Virus record (IMG/VR): IMGVR_UViG_3300048033_000725
Location: 5,037-69,036 of that record
DNA length: 64,000 nt
Reading direction: 5' to 3' (one strand)
Source of the DNA: a virus
Shown here: positions 27,554 through 36,616 of the stretch, in pieces
Layout of the letters: each line of letters starts with the position of its first letter
How positions within the stretch are numbered: the stretch's first letter is position 1
Notes under the pieces: model-generated
Databases searched by the model: none
Told to the model about the DNA's origin: nothing
Seen by the model: the letters and a program-made list of their open reading frames with translations, nothing else
Made by a program: the position numbers and the translations under genes

Positions 27554-28362
27554 GTAAAAAGTGAAGATGAGGGCGAATAATTTACATAGTCCCGAACCAA
27601 ATCCATAGTGCGACCTCTATTGCGATAATTCAACTCATTGTCTTCAAGCAACTTTTCAAAGTATTCTGGAATACCTGCGACAAGTTGAAGGTTTGCATGT
27701 TTACGTTTCTTGGGCAGTTCGTTGAATTCTTCATATGCTTCAATGATTGGTGCTTTCTGATATGGCTTGTTAAAGAAGTCATGGTCATACTGCATCATCC
27801 AGTCTTTCACACTTTCACGCACATAAGGTGCGACTAAGTTTGCCTCAATCTCTTCGCATAACTGCTCTTGCTGTCTAATGCCTGCTGGATTGTCTGCACC
27901 GAAGTAGTCATTGCGAAACTTGTCGAACAACTCTTTCGTATGTTTAAAATGAATATTCGCACGTTTAGATACGCCATACCACCCATCTGCCGCAACACCC
28001 GAAAGTACATGCTTCTCTTTAATATGCGGATAAACATACAAGAAAGGGAATGTACATTCAACGTGAGTTTTTTTCTTACAATCGTAATATCGCATCAACC
28101 GCAAAAAGTCATCTTTAACATTACTCACTGGAACATCAATTTCATGGTGGTCCCAACCAAAAATCTCCGCCGCTTCTTTTGCGGCAATACTGTCTGGAGT
28201 TTCTTGACCATTCACATACATTGTATATGTATGAACATTCTTACCCAAACGCATTGCAGAAAATGCACATGTTAAACTATCAACACCACCAGACATTAAC
28301 ACGGCAACATCCTTGCTTGGTGCTTCTTCATCTACAATCTGTGTGATTAGTTTATCAATCAT
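27550..28362 (-). CDS. Asparagine synthetase-like ATP-dependent amide ligase (synthetase domain only)
   Basis: PP-loop LMSGGVDS, LSGVAADGWYG, APY; no N-terminal glutaminase domain. Confidence 0.8.
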   Translation of the reverse strand: MIDKLITQIVDEEAPSKDVAVLMSGGVDSLTCAFSAMRLGKNVHTYTMYVNGQETPDSIAAKEAAEIFGWDHHEIDVPVSNVKDDFLRLMRYYDCKKKTHVECTFPFLYVYPHIKEKHVLSGVAADGWYGVSKRANIHFKHTKELFDKFRNDYFGADNPAGIRQQEQLCEEIEANLVAPYVRESVKDWMMQYDHDFFNKPYQKAPIIEAYEEFNELPKKRKHANLQLVAGIPEYFEKLLEDNELNYRNRGRTMDLVRDYVNYSPSSSLFT

Positions 28363-28772
28363 ATCTTACTCACCTGTACGCCACTTTTAAGTAAAAAGTT
28401 AATCCCATCTCTACTTTTATAGTGGTCCCTATAATATATTGTTTTTATGCCTGACTGATATATCAGTTTTGCACAATCAATGCATGGAGATGCAGTACAG
28501 AACAATATTGCACCATCTGCGCTTTCTGTGCTTTTCGCAATCTTTGTGATTGCATTCGCCTCAGCATGTAATACTTCTCTCTTAGTAACTAAACCAGATT
28601 TCGTTTCTTCTTCACATACGTTAGTCCAACCAGCGGGCATTCCATTATAACCAATACTAACAATCTTATCATCTTTTACAACCACACACCCAACTTTAAG
28701 ACGTACCGCAGAAGATAACTGTGCGTATACTTCTGCGGCATCCATATGGGCTTTAATGAACTTCTGCTTCAT
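28359..28772 (-). CDS. cd: dCMP deaminase
   Basis: GYNG, HAEANAI, SPCIDC; start at ATG 28772 (MKQKFIKAH). Confidence 0.93.
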   Translation of the reverse strand: MKQKFIKAHMDAAEVYAQLSSAVRLKVGCVVVKDDKIVSIGYNGMPAGWTNVCEEETKSGLVTKREVLHAEANAITKIAKSTESADGAILFCTASPCIDCAKLIYQSGIKTIYYRDHYKSRDGINFLLKSGVQVSKI

Positions 28773-29139
28773 CACTATCCTCAATTTGCATTTGCTCAAG
28801 TGCCTCTGGTGGCATTTCTTCATACAAGTCTTGGTTCTTATGCCAAACATTGAATACATCTTGAACGTTAGCGTGGCGAGTTGTTTCCATATCGGCAACT
28901 TCTTCGTAGATTTTCTTTTCAAACTCACCGAATGTTGGGTTCATCCACATATGAAGTTCATTGCCAGTTTCCATATCAGTCACTTCAACAAATACGATTT
29001 CTTGCGTCTCTAAAACAAACACGGCTGTCATAGCATCGTCAAACTGTAGCACCCAGGAATCGCCAAAATCTTCAAACATAAATGGTCCGCCCTCAACAAT
29101 GCGTAACCCTGTTGCTTCAATCAAGTCATTAAATTTCAT
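28753..29139 (-). CDS. Acidic hypothetical protein
   Basis: 128-aa ORF with AGGAG RBS. Confidence 0.65.
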   Translation of the reverse strand: MKFNDLIEATGLRIVEGGPFMFEDFGDSWVLQFDDAMTAVFVLETQEIVFVEVTDMETGNELHMWMNPTFGEFEKKIYEEVADMETTRHANVQDVFNVWHKNQDLYEEMPPEALEQMQIEDSDEAEVH

Positions 29140-29151
29140 ACTATTGTCTCC

Positions 29152-29835
29152 TTAAATAAGTCTATTAATTGCGTATGTTTTACCAAGTCTCTTATTGCGT
29201 TTTCTCAGCGCAATGTTTCTCTGAAGTGGAGAAGCAAATTTCCAAAAAGGCTTGCCTCTACTTAATGCGTAGTTTTGCACAAAGTATCTCGACCATTCGT
29301 GCTTCACTCTTTCTTTGTTTTCCTGATTATATACATCATAGTAAATAATATCAGCAAACACTGGACGCTCAATTTTCAAATATAGTGCTGGATAACTACC
29401 AGAAATCTCATCACCCTTATGACCCTCTTCAGACAAAGAAACAATCTTCGAATTTATGAACGTTTCATACTCTGGTTCATCGTCTGCACGTTCTTCTTTT
29501 GCTTTAGGGTTAACGATAATAAAGAAGTCATAATTAACACCAACTTGTGATGCATGGATTGTCGGTGCGTTTCTATCTTTAGAAAACTTGAAAAGAACTT
29601 CTGCTAAAACTGAAGCCTCAAGAACAAAAGTGAATCCATCGTTCATCTTCAGAACTGGTGGTTTGTCAAATGGATAGTGGGCGCACAACTTAAATGGCGT
29701 CATATTCATCTTATCTAAATCTGTCTTAAACTTAAAGTATTTCACCAACTTAGAAACATCAGGTACTTGCTCAACAGCCCTAATCATTTCAGCGACTTCC
29801 TGTCGGTCTGATTTCACTTGTTCTAATTCACTCAT
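29152..29835 (-). CDS. Peptide deformylase-like protein with degenerate active site
   Basis: IHASQVG, FINSKI, EISGSYP, IERP, SRYFVQNY align to PDF motifs, but EGCLS and QHExDH are lost. Confidence 0.55.
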   Translation of the reverse strand: MSELEQVKSDRQEVAEMIRAVEQVPDVSKLVKYFKFKTDLDKMNMTPFKLCAHYPFDKPPVLKMNDGFTFVLEASVLAEVLFKFSKDRNAPTIHASQVGVNYDFFIIVNPKAKEERADDEPEYETFINSKIVSLSEEGHKGDEISGSYPALYLKIERPVFADIIYYDVYNQENKERVKHEWSRYFVQNYALSRGKPFWKFASPLQRNIALRKRNKRLGKTYAINRLI

Positions 29836-31541
29836 TTTGCAATCCTCGAATAATTTTTTACTTTCTCAAATTGAATGACGCTATGGAATTTGTCAAACAA
29901 TTGGTCACCCTTGTGTGAGATAACAAACACATTAGTATCATTACTTATGGTGTTCAAAATCTTCATAAACTCATCAGTGCCACCACCGTCAAGAGAACTA
30001 TCAAATACTTCATCAAGAACCAAAAGATTTGTATTGATAGAATTCTTCATTTTTGCAACGGCACGCCATGTAAACAATAGAGACAAGTCAATACGCATTT
30101 TCTCACCTTCAGAGAAACTATCGTATGAAAAGTCATCTCTGTGGCGTGATTTGATTGTTTCGTTGAATGCTTCATCAAGTTCAAACTGAACAAAGAAGTC
30201 CATGCTTGACAAATACTTGTTTACGAGTTTGTTAATAATTGGCAGATATTGACGAATGATTTTTGTCTTAATACCAGTGTCTTTCAATAACGTTGCCGCA
30301 TAGTTATTTACATACTGTTGTCCAATCAACTTTTCTTTTGCTGTAGAAAGAACCTTAATTGCATCTGTTAGTTCTGCAATCTTATCTTCATCTGCAACAC
30401 TATCTTGTTTCAAGAGGTTTGACAACTGTTTTTGCATTTGAGTAATGTACTTCTGCAACCCATTAATACTAGATTGCTCAACAGAAATATCACTATTCAT
30501 GGAACTAATTTCACGTTGAATATCTGATATTGCATCAAGGCGTTCTTGTGTCTCAGCAAGTTTATCTTTTAGTTGAGGCAATGCACCTTCAACTTCAACA
30601 ATCTTATCACCATATTCAGATACTTTACCAACCTTAAAGTTGTCATCAATATGTTGGTCACATGTTGGGCAATGCTCATTCTCTTCGTAAAAATCAATCT
30701 CTTCTTTATACTTTTTGATTGTTCGGTTGAGTTTTGTACGCATAGAACCGAGGTCAGACTGAAGTTTTTCAGTCTTCGCTTTGTCTATAATTTGTTGCTG
30801 TAAGGCACCAATTTGCTCTGACAACTCTTCGACTTTTGCTTCATGTGTTGCAATCGCCGCTTCTGACTTTGTAATCTCAACTTGACTTTCTTTACGTTTC
30901 GTTTCATTATCTGTCTTCAATGTCTCTAGGTATTCGTTTTGTAAACGATACTTTTCTTTGCTAATGTCCAATTGATATTGACATTGCTCCAAGTCTGTTT
31001 TGAGTTTGTTTTGTTTTGTTTTCAGCAAAGAGTTCATAATACTGAAAATCTCAATATCAAGCAAGTTCTCAATAACTTCTCTTCGATTTGAGGCAGACAA
31101 CTGCATGAAAGGTGTGAATGATGCACTACCCAAAATAACAACTTGAGTAAATGCTTTATAATTCAATTTCAGAATTGTCTTCTCAAGCATCTCTTGTTGG
31201 TCACGAATATTTGCATTCTCATCAATCGTACTGCCATTAAGTTCGATTTCAAAGATGTTCTTTTTGATACCTCTGCGAACAAGATAATCTTTTCGCCCAA
31301 TACTAAATTCTACCTCAACAAGTGCGCCGCCACCATTGATACTATTAATCAACTGACCTTTACTAATCTTACGAAAAGGTTTGCCGAATAGCGCAAAGGT
31401 CAACGCATCTAAGATGGTTGACTTACCAGCACCGTTGTTACCAACAATCAATGTGTTTGGCGAACGGTCTAGTTGTACTTCAGTAAAGTGATTACCTGTC
31501 GAAAGAAAATTCTTCCATCTTATAGTCTTAAATATAATCAT
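29832..31541 (-). CDS. 46: Recombination endonuclease subunit (gp46, SbcC/Rad50-like)
   Basis: GNNGAGKS, CPTC hook, FSEGEK, LDEVFD. Confidence 0.96.
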   Translation of the reverse strand: MIIFKTIRWKNFLSTGNHFTEVQLDRSPNTLIVGNNGAGKSTILDALTFALFGKPFRKISKGQLINSINGGGALVEVEFSIGRKDYLVRRGIKKNIFEIELNGSTIDENANIRDQQEMLEKTILKLNYKAFTQVVILGSASFTPFMQLSASNRREVIENLLDIEIFSIMNSLLKTKQNKLKTDLEQCQYQLDISKEKYRLQNEYLETLKTDNETKRKESQVEITKSEAAIATHEAKVEELSEQIGALQQQIIDKAKTEKLQSDLGSMRTKLNRTIKKYKEEIDFYEENEHCPTCDQHIDDNFKVGKVSEYGDKIVEVEGALPQLKDKLAETQERLDAISDIQREISSMNSDISVEQSSINGLQKYITQMQKQLSNLLKQDSVADEDKIAELTDAIKVLSTAKEKLIGQQYVNNYAATLLKDTGIKTKIIRQYLPIINKLVNKYLSSMDFFVQFELDEAFNETIKSRHRDDFSYDSFSEGEKMRIDLSLLFTWRAVAKMKNSINTNLLVLDEVFDSSLDGGGTDEFMKILNTISNDTNVFVISHKGDQLFDKFHSVIQFEKVKNYSRIAK

Positions 31542-32614
31542 ACTGTTTCAATCGCCATTGCTTCTTGGTATAGGTTTCTCATCAAAGAATTCAACTTCTT
31601 CTTATCAGCGTCAATTTCAAGGCTGTCAATGTACTTTTCTAAGATAGTCAATGTATCGTCAACCTCACTTACAATGTCATCATCATCTAGTTCATCCATG
31701 TTCCCATGGTCTTCAGAAATAGAAATCTGGGCAGGGTCAGTCTGATGTAACTGGTCTACAAACATGTCAAACCAATACGGGTTATTCTTAGACTGAACTA
31801 CTACCTTGATGTTCTTACCAGTATACTCTAAAAGTTTCTCTTTGTCAAGTTCTAATTCGGAGAATTCTGCAACGGTACTATCGTTGTAGAAGACTTTATG
31901 GAACATTCTGTACGGATTTCTGATAAATTCAAGGTTACGAGTATCAGTATCAAAGACATGAAACCCACGGTAATCATTATAGTCTGACCACGTAAGTTCA
32001 TAAGGGTTGCCCAAATAATAAATACGCCCATCATCACTTTTATGATGATAGTGACCTGTAAATACTGTGTCATAACGATTGAACAGAGACTTATCCATTC
32101 CGTGGTCATTTTCAAAACCTTTCATCATAGCAAACCCAGACAACTCTAGGTGACCCATGAGAATATCTGTTTTCGCTGTTTCGATAAATTTGAGACTGTC
32201 TGCGTAGTTACCAGAGCAAATCCACGGTAGCATCGCAATAGGGGTACCATCAAACTCAACAACTCTTGCATCTGGATATGTGATAATATTGTCATAGTCT
32301 GACAACAACAAATCAGGAGAGTTGACTTCGTTTGTGTTCTTGTAGTAAGTATCGTGGTTACCAATCAAGGTATGTACTTTGATATTGCGTTCACGCAAAG
32401 GTTCAAACCACATCTTCTTCGCACGTTCAAGTGTATAGAAGTTTACATACTTACGTCTATCAAATGTATCACCAAGGTCGATAATAGTATCAATGTTATT
32501 ATCATCAATGTATGGTATGACAATATTTGTGTAGAACTGTTCGTAGTAATCTAAAAAAGCCTGACTGTCATTCCTAGCACCAAAGTGCTGGTCCGTAATC
32601 AACAACAATTTCAT
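31538..32614 (-). CDS. 47: Recombination endonuclease subunit (gp47, SbcD/Mre11-like)
   Basis: TDQHFG, LGDTFD, GNHD, GHYH. Confidence 0.96.
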   Translation of the reverse strand: MKLLLITDQHFGARNDSQAFLDYYEQFYTNIVIPYIDDNNIDTIIDLGDTFDRRKYVNFYTLERAKKMWFEPLRERNIKVHTLIGNHDTYYKNTNEVNSPDLLLSDYDNIITYPDARVVEFDGTPIAMLPWICSGNYADSLKFIETAKTDILMGHLELSGFAMMKGFENDHGMDKSLFNRYDTVFTGHYHHKSDDGRIYYLGNPYELTWSDYNDYRGFHVFDTDTRNLEFIRNPYRMFHKVFYNDSTVAEFSELELDKEKLLEYTGKNIKVVVQSKNNPYWFDMFVDQLHQTDPAQISISEDHGNMDELDDDDIVSEVDDTLTILEKYIDSLEIDADKKKLNSLMRNLYQEAMAIETV

Positions 32615-33204
32615 TAAGCATCTCCGTTTTCATCATCAATTCTGTTTTCTGCTTCTTTTTCTTCTAGCAGTTTTTCAATACCTCGTGCTTTACGCTTTTC
32701 ATTTTTCTTACGCTTCGTTTCTTCATAGTCCCCAATAAAGGATTCCATATGACCGTTTGAAATGTAGTGAATTTCTTCTAGGTCATCACTATGCTCACTC
32801 AATTCAGCAAGTTCACCGAAAATGCTTGCTTTTTCTGTTGCTTTGTATTTAATATAAGTCTGACGTTTTTCTTTTTGAATACGTCTAATGTACGCATAGT
32901 AAATAATTTGCGTAAAATATGCAAATGGATTATTTGATTTTTCTGGATTGAAGTTGTCAATATATGCGAGTGCATTTTCAATACCGTCACTAATCATATC
33001 ATCTTTATATGTGTAATTCATAAAGTTTGGTCGATATGAAAGTCTTTGTGCGATTAGAAGAAAACACTGTCCAATATACTCTGTCACTCTAGGACGAGGT
33101 TCGCCTGATGCTTCAGCCTCAAGAACACTGTTACGATACTCAGTTAGCGCCTCGAGAAATTTCTTATTGTCAACGTAATGATTGCTTGTAGATTTCTTTG
33201 TCAT
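32614..33204 (-). CDS. 55: Late transcription sigma factor (gp55)
   Basis: HYVDN, RPNFMNYTY, MISDGIEN, NPFAYFTQI. Confidence 0.95.
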   Translation of the reverse strand: MTKKSTSNHYVDNKKFLEALTEYRNSVLEAEASGEPRPRVTEYIGQCFLLIAQRLSYRPNFMNYTYKDDMISDGIENALAYIDNFNPEKSNNPFAYFTQIIYYAYIRRIQKEKRQTYIKYKATEKASIFGELAELSEHSDDLEEIHYISNGHMESFIGDYEETKRKKNEKRKARGIEKLLEEKEAENRIDDENGDA

Positions 33205-33274
33205 GTATTTCCCTTATTAAATGTCCTGTTTCAGATATGTTATCTGCTCTTGGAAGCATGTCTAATTAAGTACC

Positions 33275-33303
33275 ATCATACTACATGTTGATACGTTTGT
33301 CAA
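33275..33303 (-). promoter_or_regulatory. sigma70-type promoter for gp55
   Basis: TTGACA-17-TATGAT. Confidence 0.8.
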
Positions 33304-33349
33304 GGGAATAATAGGATTATTTTATTTTGGTGAATATAACAGAAAGCCC

Positions 33350-33378
33350 TTGACAAATATCAAATACCCTGTTATTAT
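33350..33378 (+). promoter_or_regulatory. Divergent plus-strand sigma70-type promoter
   Basis: TTGACA-17-TATTAT with TG extension; points antisense into 33434..33868. Confidence 0.6.
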
Positions 33379-33433
33379 ACAGATGTTGCCAATGAAATAC
33401 ATAGAAGTATTTAATGCTTTTAGTGCTTTGTGA

Positions 33434-33868
33434 CTAATGAAATGTCTTGCCTTTGCTTTGAGCAACTGCATCCATTTCTTCCATCAAGTCAAGTTCTTCG
33501 TCCGAAGGACCCCTCAGTTCATCAAGTTTATCACTTGAAGATTTGAAGTCAAAGTCATCGTCATCTGACGCCCACTTCTTCTGTATGTTTATATAGTATT
33601 CTTGAAAAGAGGGTAGTGGATTCACAACTGTCACTACTGTGTCGTAGTAGATTGGAATGAACTCATCTGAGGTAAATGGAATCCAGGGAGTGACACTCAT
33701 AAGAGATGTTTCTGCACTTCTACCTGAAATAACATTAACTTGAAATACGTTTTTACCAAACACAACAGCATTTCCATTTGCATCTTCACCTTCAAACATT
33801 TCACATATCACATCTTCCATGCTTACAAGTTTGATAATTTTGACACCGTTTGATTTTGTAATTTTCAT
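33434..33868 (-). CDS. Conserved hypothetical protein (Sm-like fold suspected)
   Basis: IIKLVSMEDVI...PWIPFT; usual position between uvsW and 55 in marine T4-like phages. Confidence 0.7.
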   Translation of the reverse strand: MKITKSNGVKIIKLVSMEDVICEMFEGEDANGNAVVFGKNVFQVNVISGRSAETSLMSVTPWIPFTSDEFIPIYYDTVVTVVNPLPSFQEYYINIQKKWASDDDDFDFKSSSDKLDELRGPSDEELDLMEEMDAVAQSKGKTFH

Positions 33869-35316
33869 ATGTCTATCTTATACATCTTTACTTTGAACTT
33901 TTCTTCATTGTATATTTTCATACGTTCTAAGAAGTGTTCTAGTGTGAAGTTCCTTTTGCTTTTCCATTTTAAATCGTCAACAATATCATATAAAGTTGCC
34001 GAACTTTTTGTATCACTCTTTCGCAGTCCTCTACCAATAGACTGAAGATTTCTTACTCTCGACTTCGATGGTGAAGCAAAGATAATGTTATGCAGGTTGC
34101 GAATATTTACACCCGTAGAGAATGTACCGTAACTTGCAATGATAATAGCATTCTCCGATTGCTCTGTAATTCTTCTGATTTCTTCACGGTCTGTAGAATC
34201 CGTACCACCATGTACAAAGAATACTTTTCTTTCTTGTCCTACACGATTATTTATATCATCAAAAAGTACCCGCCCATGCTTTTCAACATATTGAAACAGT
34301 AATAGTGTATTACCTTCTTGGCTGATTGTCAAGTTTCTTATGAACCTATTTCTCTTTTCATGTCGTACAATGAAGTCCATCTCTTGCTGATATGTCATCT
34401 TCACTGCGTCTTTACGTTCTTGGTCACTGTAACTAAGTGCGAGAGTTTTGATTTGAAACTCTGCTAGTTGCTTATTATCTATAAGTTCTTTTGTAGTGGT
34501 TACTTTCTTCACAGGACCAAATAGACCTTCAAGCACAAGTTTGTGTGTCAATGTACCATCTAGTGTACCCGTCAAACCAAAACGATATTTTGTATCTGTC
34601 ATCTTTTCCAAGATGCTTGTGAGAGATTTTGCTTTAAACAAATGCGCTTCATCACCAATAATAACATCGAATTGGTCAAAATATTCTTTACGCATTTTGT
34701 AGATAGATTGCCAAGTAGAAACAATAATCTGCTTATCTGATACTTTGTCTAATCCAGCCATTACTTTATGACAATGATTATCTGCGTCCCAACCATAGTC
34801 GGCAAAGTCAGAAACCAACTGGTGTACGAGTGAAGTGGTAGGAACAATAACAAGTGTCTTTGCGCTGTACCAACGAACAAGTAAATAGATGATTAGTGAC
34901 TTACCAGATGCTGTGGGTGACAATAGTAGACACCTGCGGTTTCTTACTGCATGAATAAACGCTTTGAATTGATAGTCTCTTGGACTGAATGGTAGAGACA
35001 ATTCATCAGCAAATTCTTTTGCTTCAATCGCAGAAAATTCATCCGCCGCTTCAACCGAACTATCGTACTCAATTTGGTAGTCTCTGCTTTCTGCAAATTT
35101 TACGAGATACGGCAGTAGACCGAGATAAAGTCTTTTTGTCATCACATTGTATAGACGTATCTTGCCATCCCACATCTTATTGCGAAATGATGGCATGAAC
35201 TGGTGACCAGGTACAAGAAACGTAAAGTAATCTTGTATCTCATACGCTGTACCTGCGTCACACGAAATTTTAATATGAACTTCGTCTATCTGTGAGACAA
35301 AAAGAGTTTCACTCAT
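33865..35316 (-). CDS. uvsW: SF2 helicase UvsW
   Basis: SPTASGKS, GDEAH, GLTGT, QSIGRGLR. Confidence 0.95.
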   Translation of the reverse strand: MSETLFVSQIDEVHIKISCDAGTAYEIQDYFTFLVPGHQFMPSFRNKMWDGKIRLYNVMTKRLYLGLLPYLVKFAESRDYQIEYDSSVEAADEFSAIEAKEFADELSLPFSPRDYQFKAFIHAVRNRRCLLLSPTASGKSLIIYLLVRWYSAKTLVIVPTTSLVHQLVSDFADYGWDADNHCHKVMAGLDKVSDKQIIVSTWQSIYKMRKEYFDQFDVIIGDEAHLFKAKSLTSILEKMTDTKYRFGLTGTLDGTLTHKLVLEGLFGPVKKVTTTKELIDNKQLAEFQIKTLALSYSDQERKDAVKMTYQQEMDFIVRHEKRNRFIRNLTISQEGNTLLLFQYVEKHGRVLFDDINNRVGQERKVFFVHGGTDSTDREEIRRITEQSENAIIIASYGTFSTGVNIRNLHNIIFASPSKSRVRNLQSIGRGLRKSDTKSSATLYDIVDDLKWKSKRNFTLEHFLERMKIYNEEKFKVKMYKIDI

Positions 35317-35754
35317 TTAGATTGCGCCGTTGGTGAATTTTCGCCAGTCGATGGCTGATTTGATTAAAAAGCCACGGTCACGCAATGATTTAATAATTGC
35401 GTCACAGAAATCAACTTTTTCTTTTTGGTGAGCGATTTTTAATGTTCTCTCAATCACTTGTCTGTCACTATCTACATGCCGTGGGATATCTGCCCGAAGA
35501 ACTTTTTTAGGGAAAGGCTCCCAGCCATATTCCCGCAAGTCTTCTTCTGCCAACTCGCCTGCATAGAATTCGTATTTGATTGATTGGAATATTTTTAAGT
35601 CTGCTTCTAGTTTGCGTAGAAGGAGTTTTTCTGTTGTGTAGATTTTGTAGTATTTTTGATGAAGTCTAGGGATTTTAAGTGCCTCTTCATCAAGCATGTC
35701 ATCAACAAAATTCACATCTTCTTTCCAAAGATTTTGTATATCTTCAAGTTTCAT
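35317..35754 (-). CDS. uvsY: Recombination mediator UvsY
   Basis: IPRLHQKY, RGFLIKSAIDWRKF. Confidence 0.9.
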   Translation of the reverse strand: MKLEDIQNLWKEDVNFVDDMLDEEALKIPRLHQKYYKIYTTEKLLLRKLEADLKIFQSIKYEFYAGELAEEDLREYGWEPFPKKVLRADIPRHVDSDRQVIERTLKIAHQKEKVDFCDAIIKSLRDRGFLIKSAIDWRKFTNGAI

Positions 35755-35806
35755 TCAATGTACCTCAATATTGTAATCATTCTATACAAGTATATATGCT
35801 TGTAAT

Positions 35807-36295
35807 TTATAGTCTATTTAGTTCGTATGCTCTAAATCTAAATGATGCTGAACCAAGAACAGTGTCGGCGTTTCCTGCATTCGAAAACTGTAAGTCTGCA
35901 TTTGATGTTGGGAATATATCAATAAACGTAACTTCAAGAATAGGGTTGCCCGAATTTGACAGTATAGTAAGTGTTGCGTCCTTATACTGTTCTTCACCCT
36001 TAAACTGAGAAAAGTTATCTGGGAATGCAAGTTTCGTCATCCAATCGTGAATTTCTTGCCAGTTGCGTAGTTCTTCATCAACAATATACTCTATAGATAA
36101 TTCACCATAAGTTATCTTGTCGCCAGGAACAGGTCTGTCAATGAGCGGTGATGGTTGCACTGCTTCTCCAAGTGTCATTGACGGTATATTGCAATCCGTG
36201 ACAAAGAATTCAAACGTAGGAAGACCTTGAATTCCAAATTTGAAATTGTTAATCTTTGCCTCGCTCAGATTTTGTGGTTGATTTTGAACACTCAT
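35807..36295 (-). CDS. 3: Tail completion protein (gp3)
   Basis: NIPS, PGDKITY, IVDEELRNWQEIHDW, FPTS. Confidence 0.88.
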   Translation of the reverse strand: MSVQNQPQNLSEAKINNFKFGIQGLPTFEFFVTDCNIPSMTLGEAVQPSPLIDRPVPGDKITYGELSIEYIVDEELRNWQEIHDWMTKLAFPDNFSQFKGEEQYKDATLTILSNSGNPILEVTFIDIFPTSNADLQFSNAGNADTVLGSASFRFRAYELNRL

Positions 36296-36504
36296 TTCTT
36301 ATTCCTAATGTTTTCTTTTAAGTCCATGACCTTTTCAGTTTCGATAATATTGATAATCGTTTCGGTAAGGTCAATTTCTTTTTTGACCCACCACATCTTT
36401 TGCTGTAACTTTTCAAGTTCTGTTTGATAAAATTCTAGTTCTTGTTCTTTACGCAATTTAGTATCAATTAAATCTTGTATCAAGATTATCTTGCCGTCAT
36501 TCAT
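36292..36504 (-). CDS. Small coiled-coil hypothetical protein
   Basis: RKEQELEFYQTEL; follows a late promoter. Confidence 0.65.
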   Translation of the reverse strand: MNDGKIILIQDLIDTKLRKEQELEFYQTELEKLQQKMWWVKKEIDLTETIINIIETEKVMDLKENIRNKK

Positions 36505-36533
36505 TGAACCCTCATTTACTTAGACTTCAATAC

Positions 36534-36541
36534 TATTTATA
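36534..36541 (-). promoter_or_regulatory. T4-type late promoter TATAAATA
   Basis: Exact consensus. Confidence 0.8.
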
Positions 36542-36546
36542 AGAAC

Positions 36547-36573
36547 AAAAAAGGGCGCCCCGAAGGACGCCCT
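36547..36573 (-). terminator. Terminator after the major capsid gene
   Basis: AGGGCGTCC-TTCG-GGGCGCCCT followed by a T-run (C-UUCG-G tetraloop). Confidence 0.9.
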
Positions 36574-36616
36574 GAAGTGCGAGGGTAGTGAACCTACCTC
36601 TTATTGTAACTCTAGT

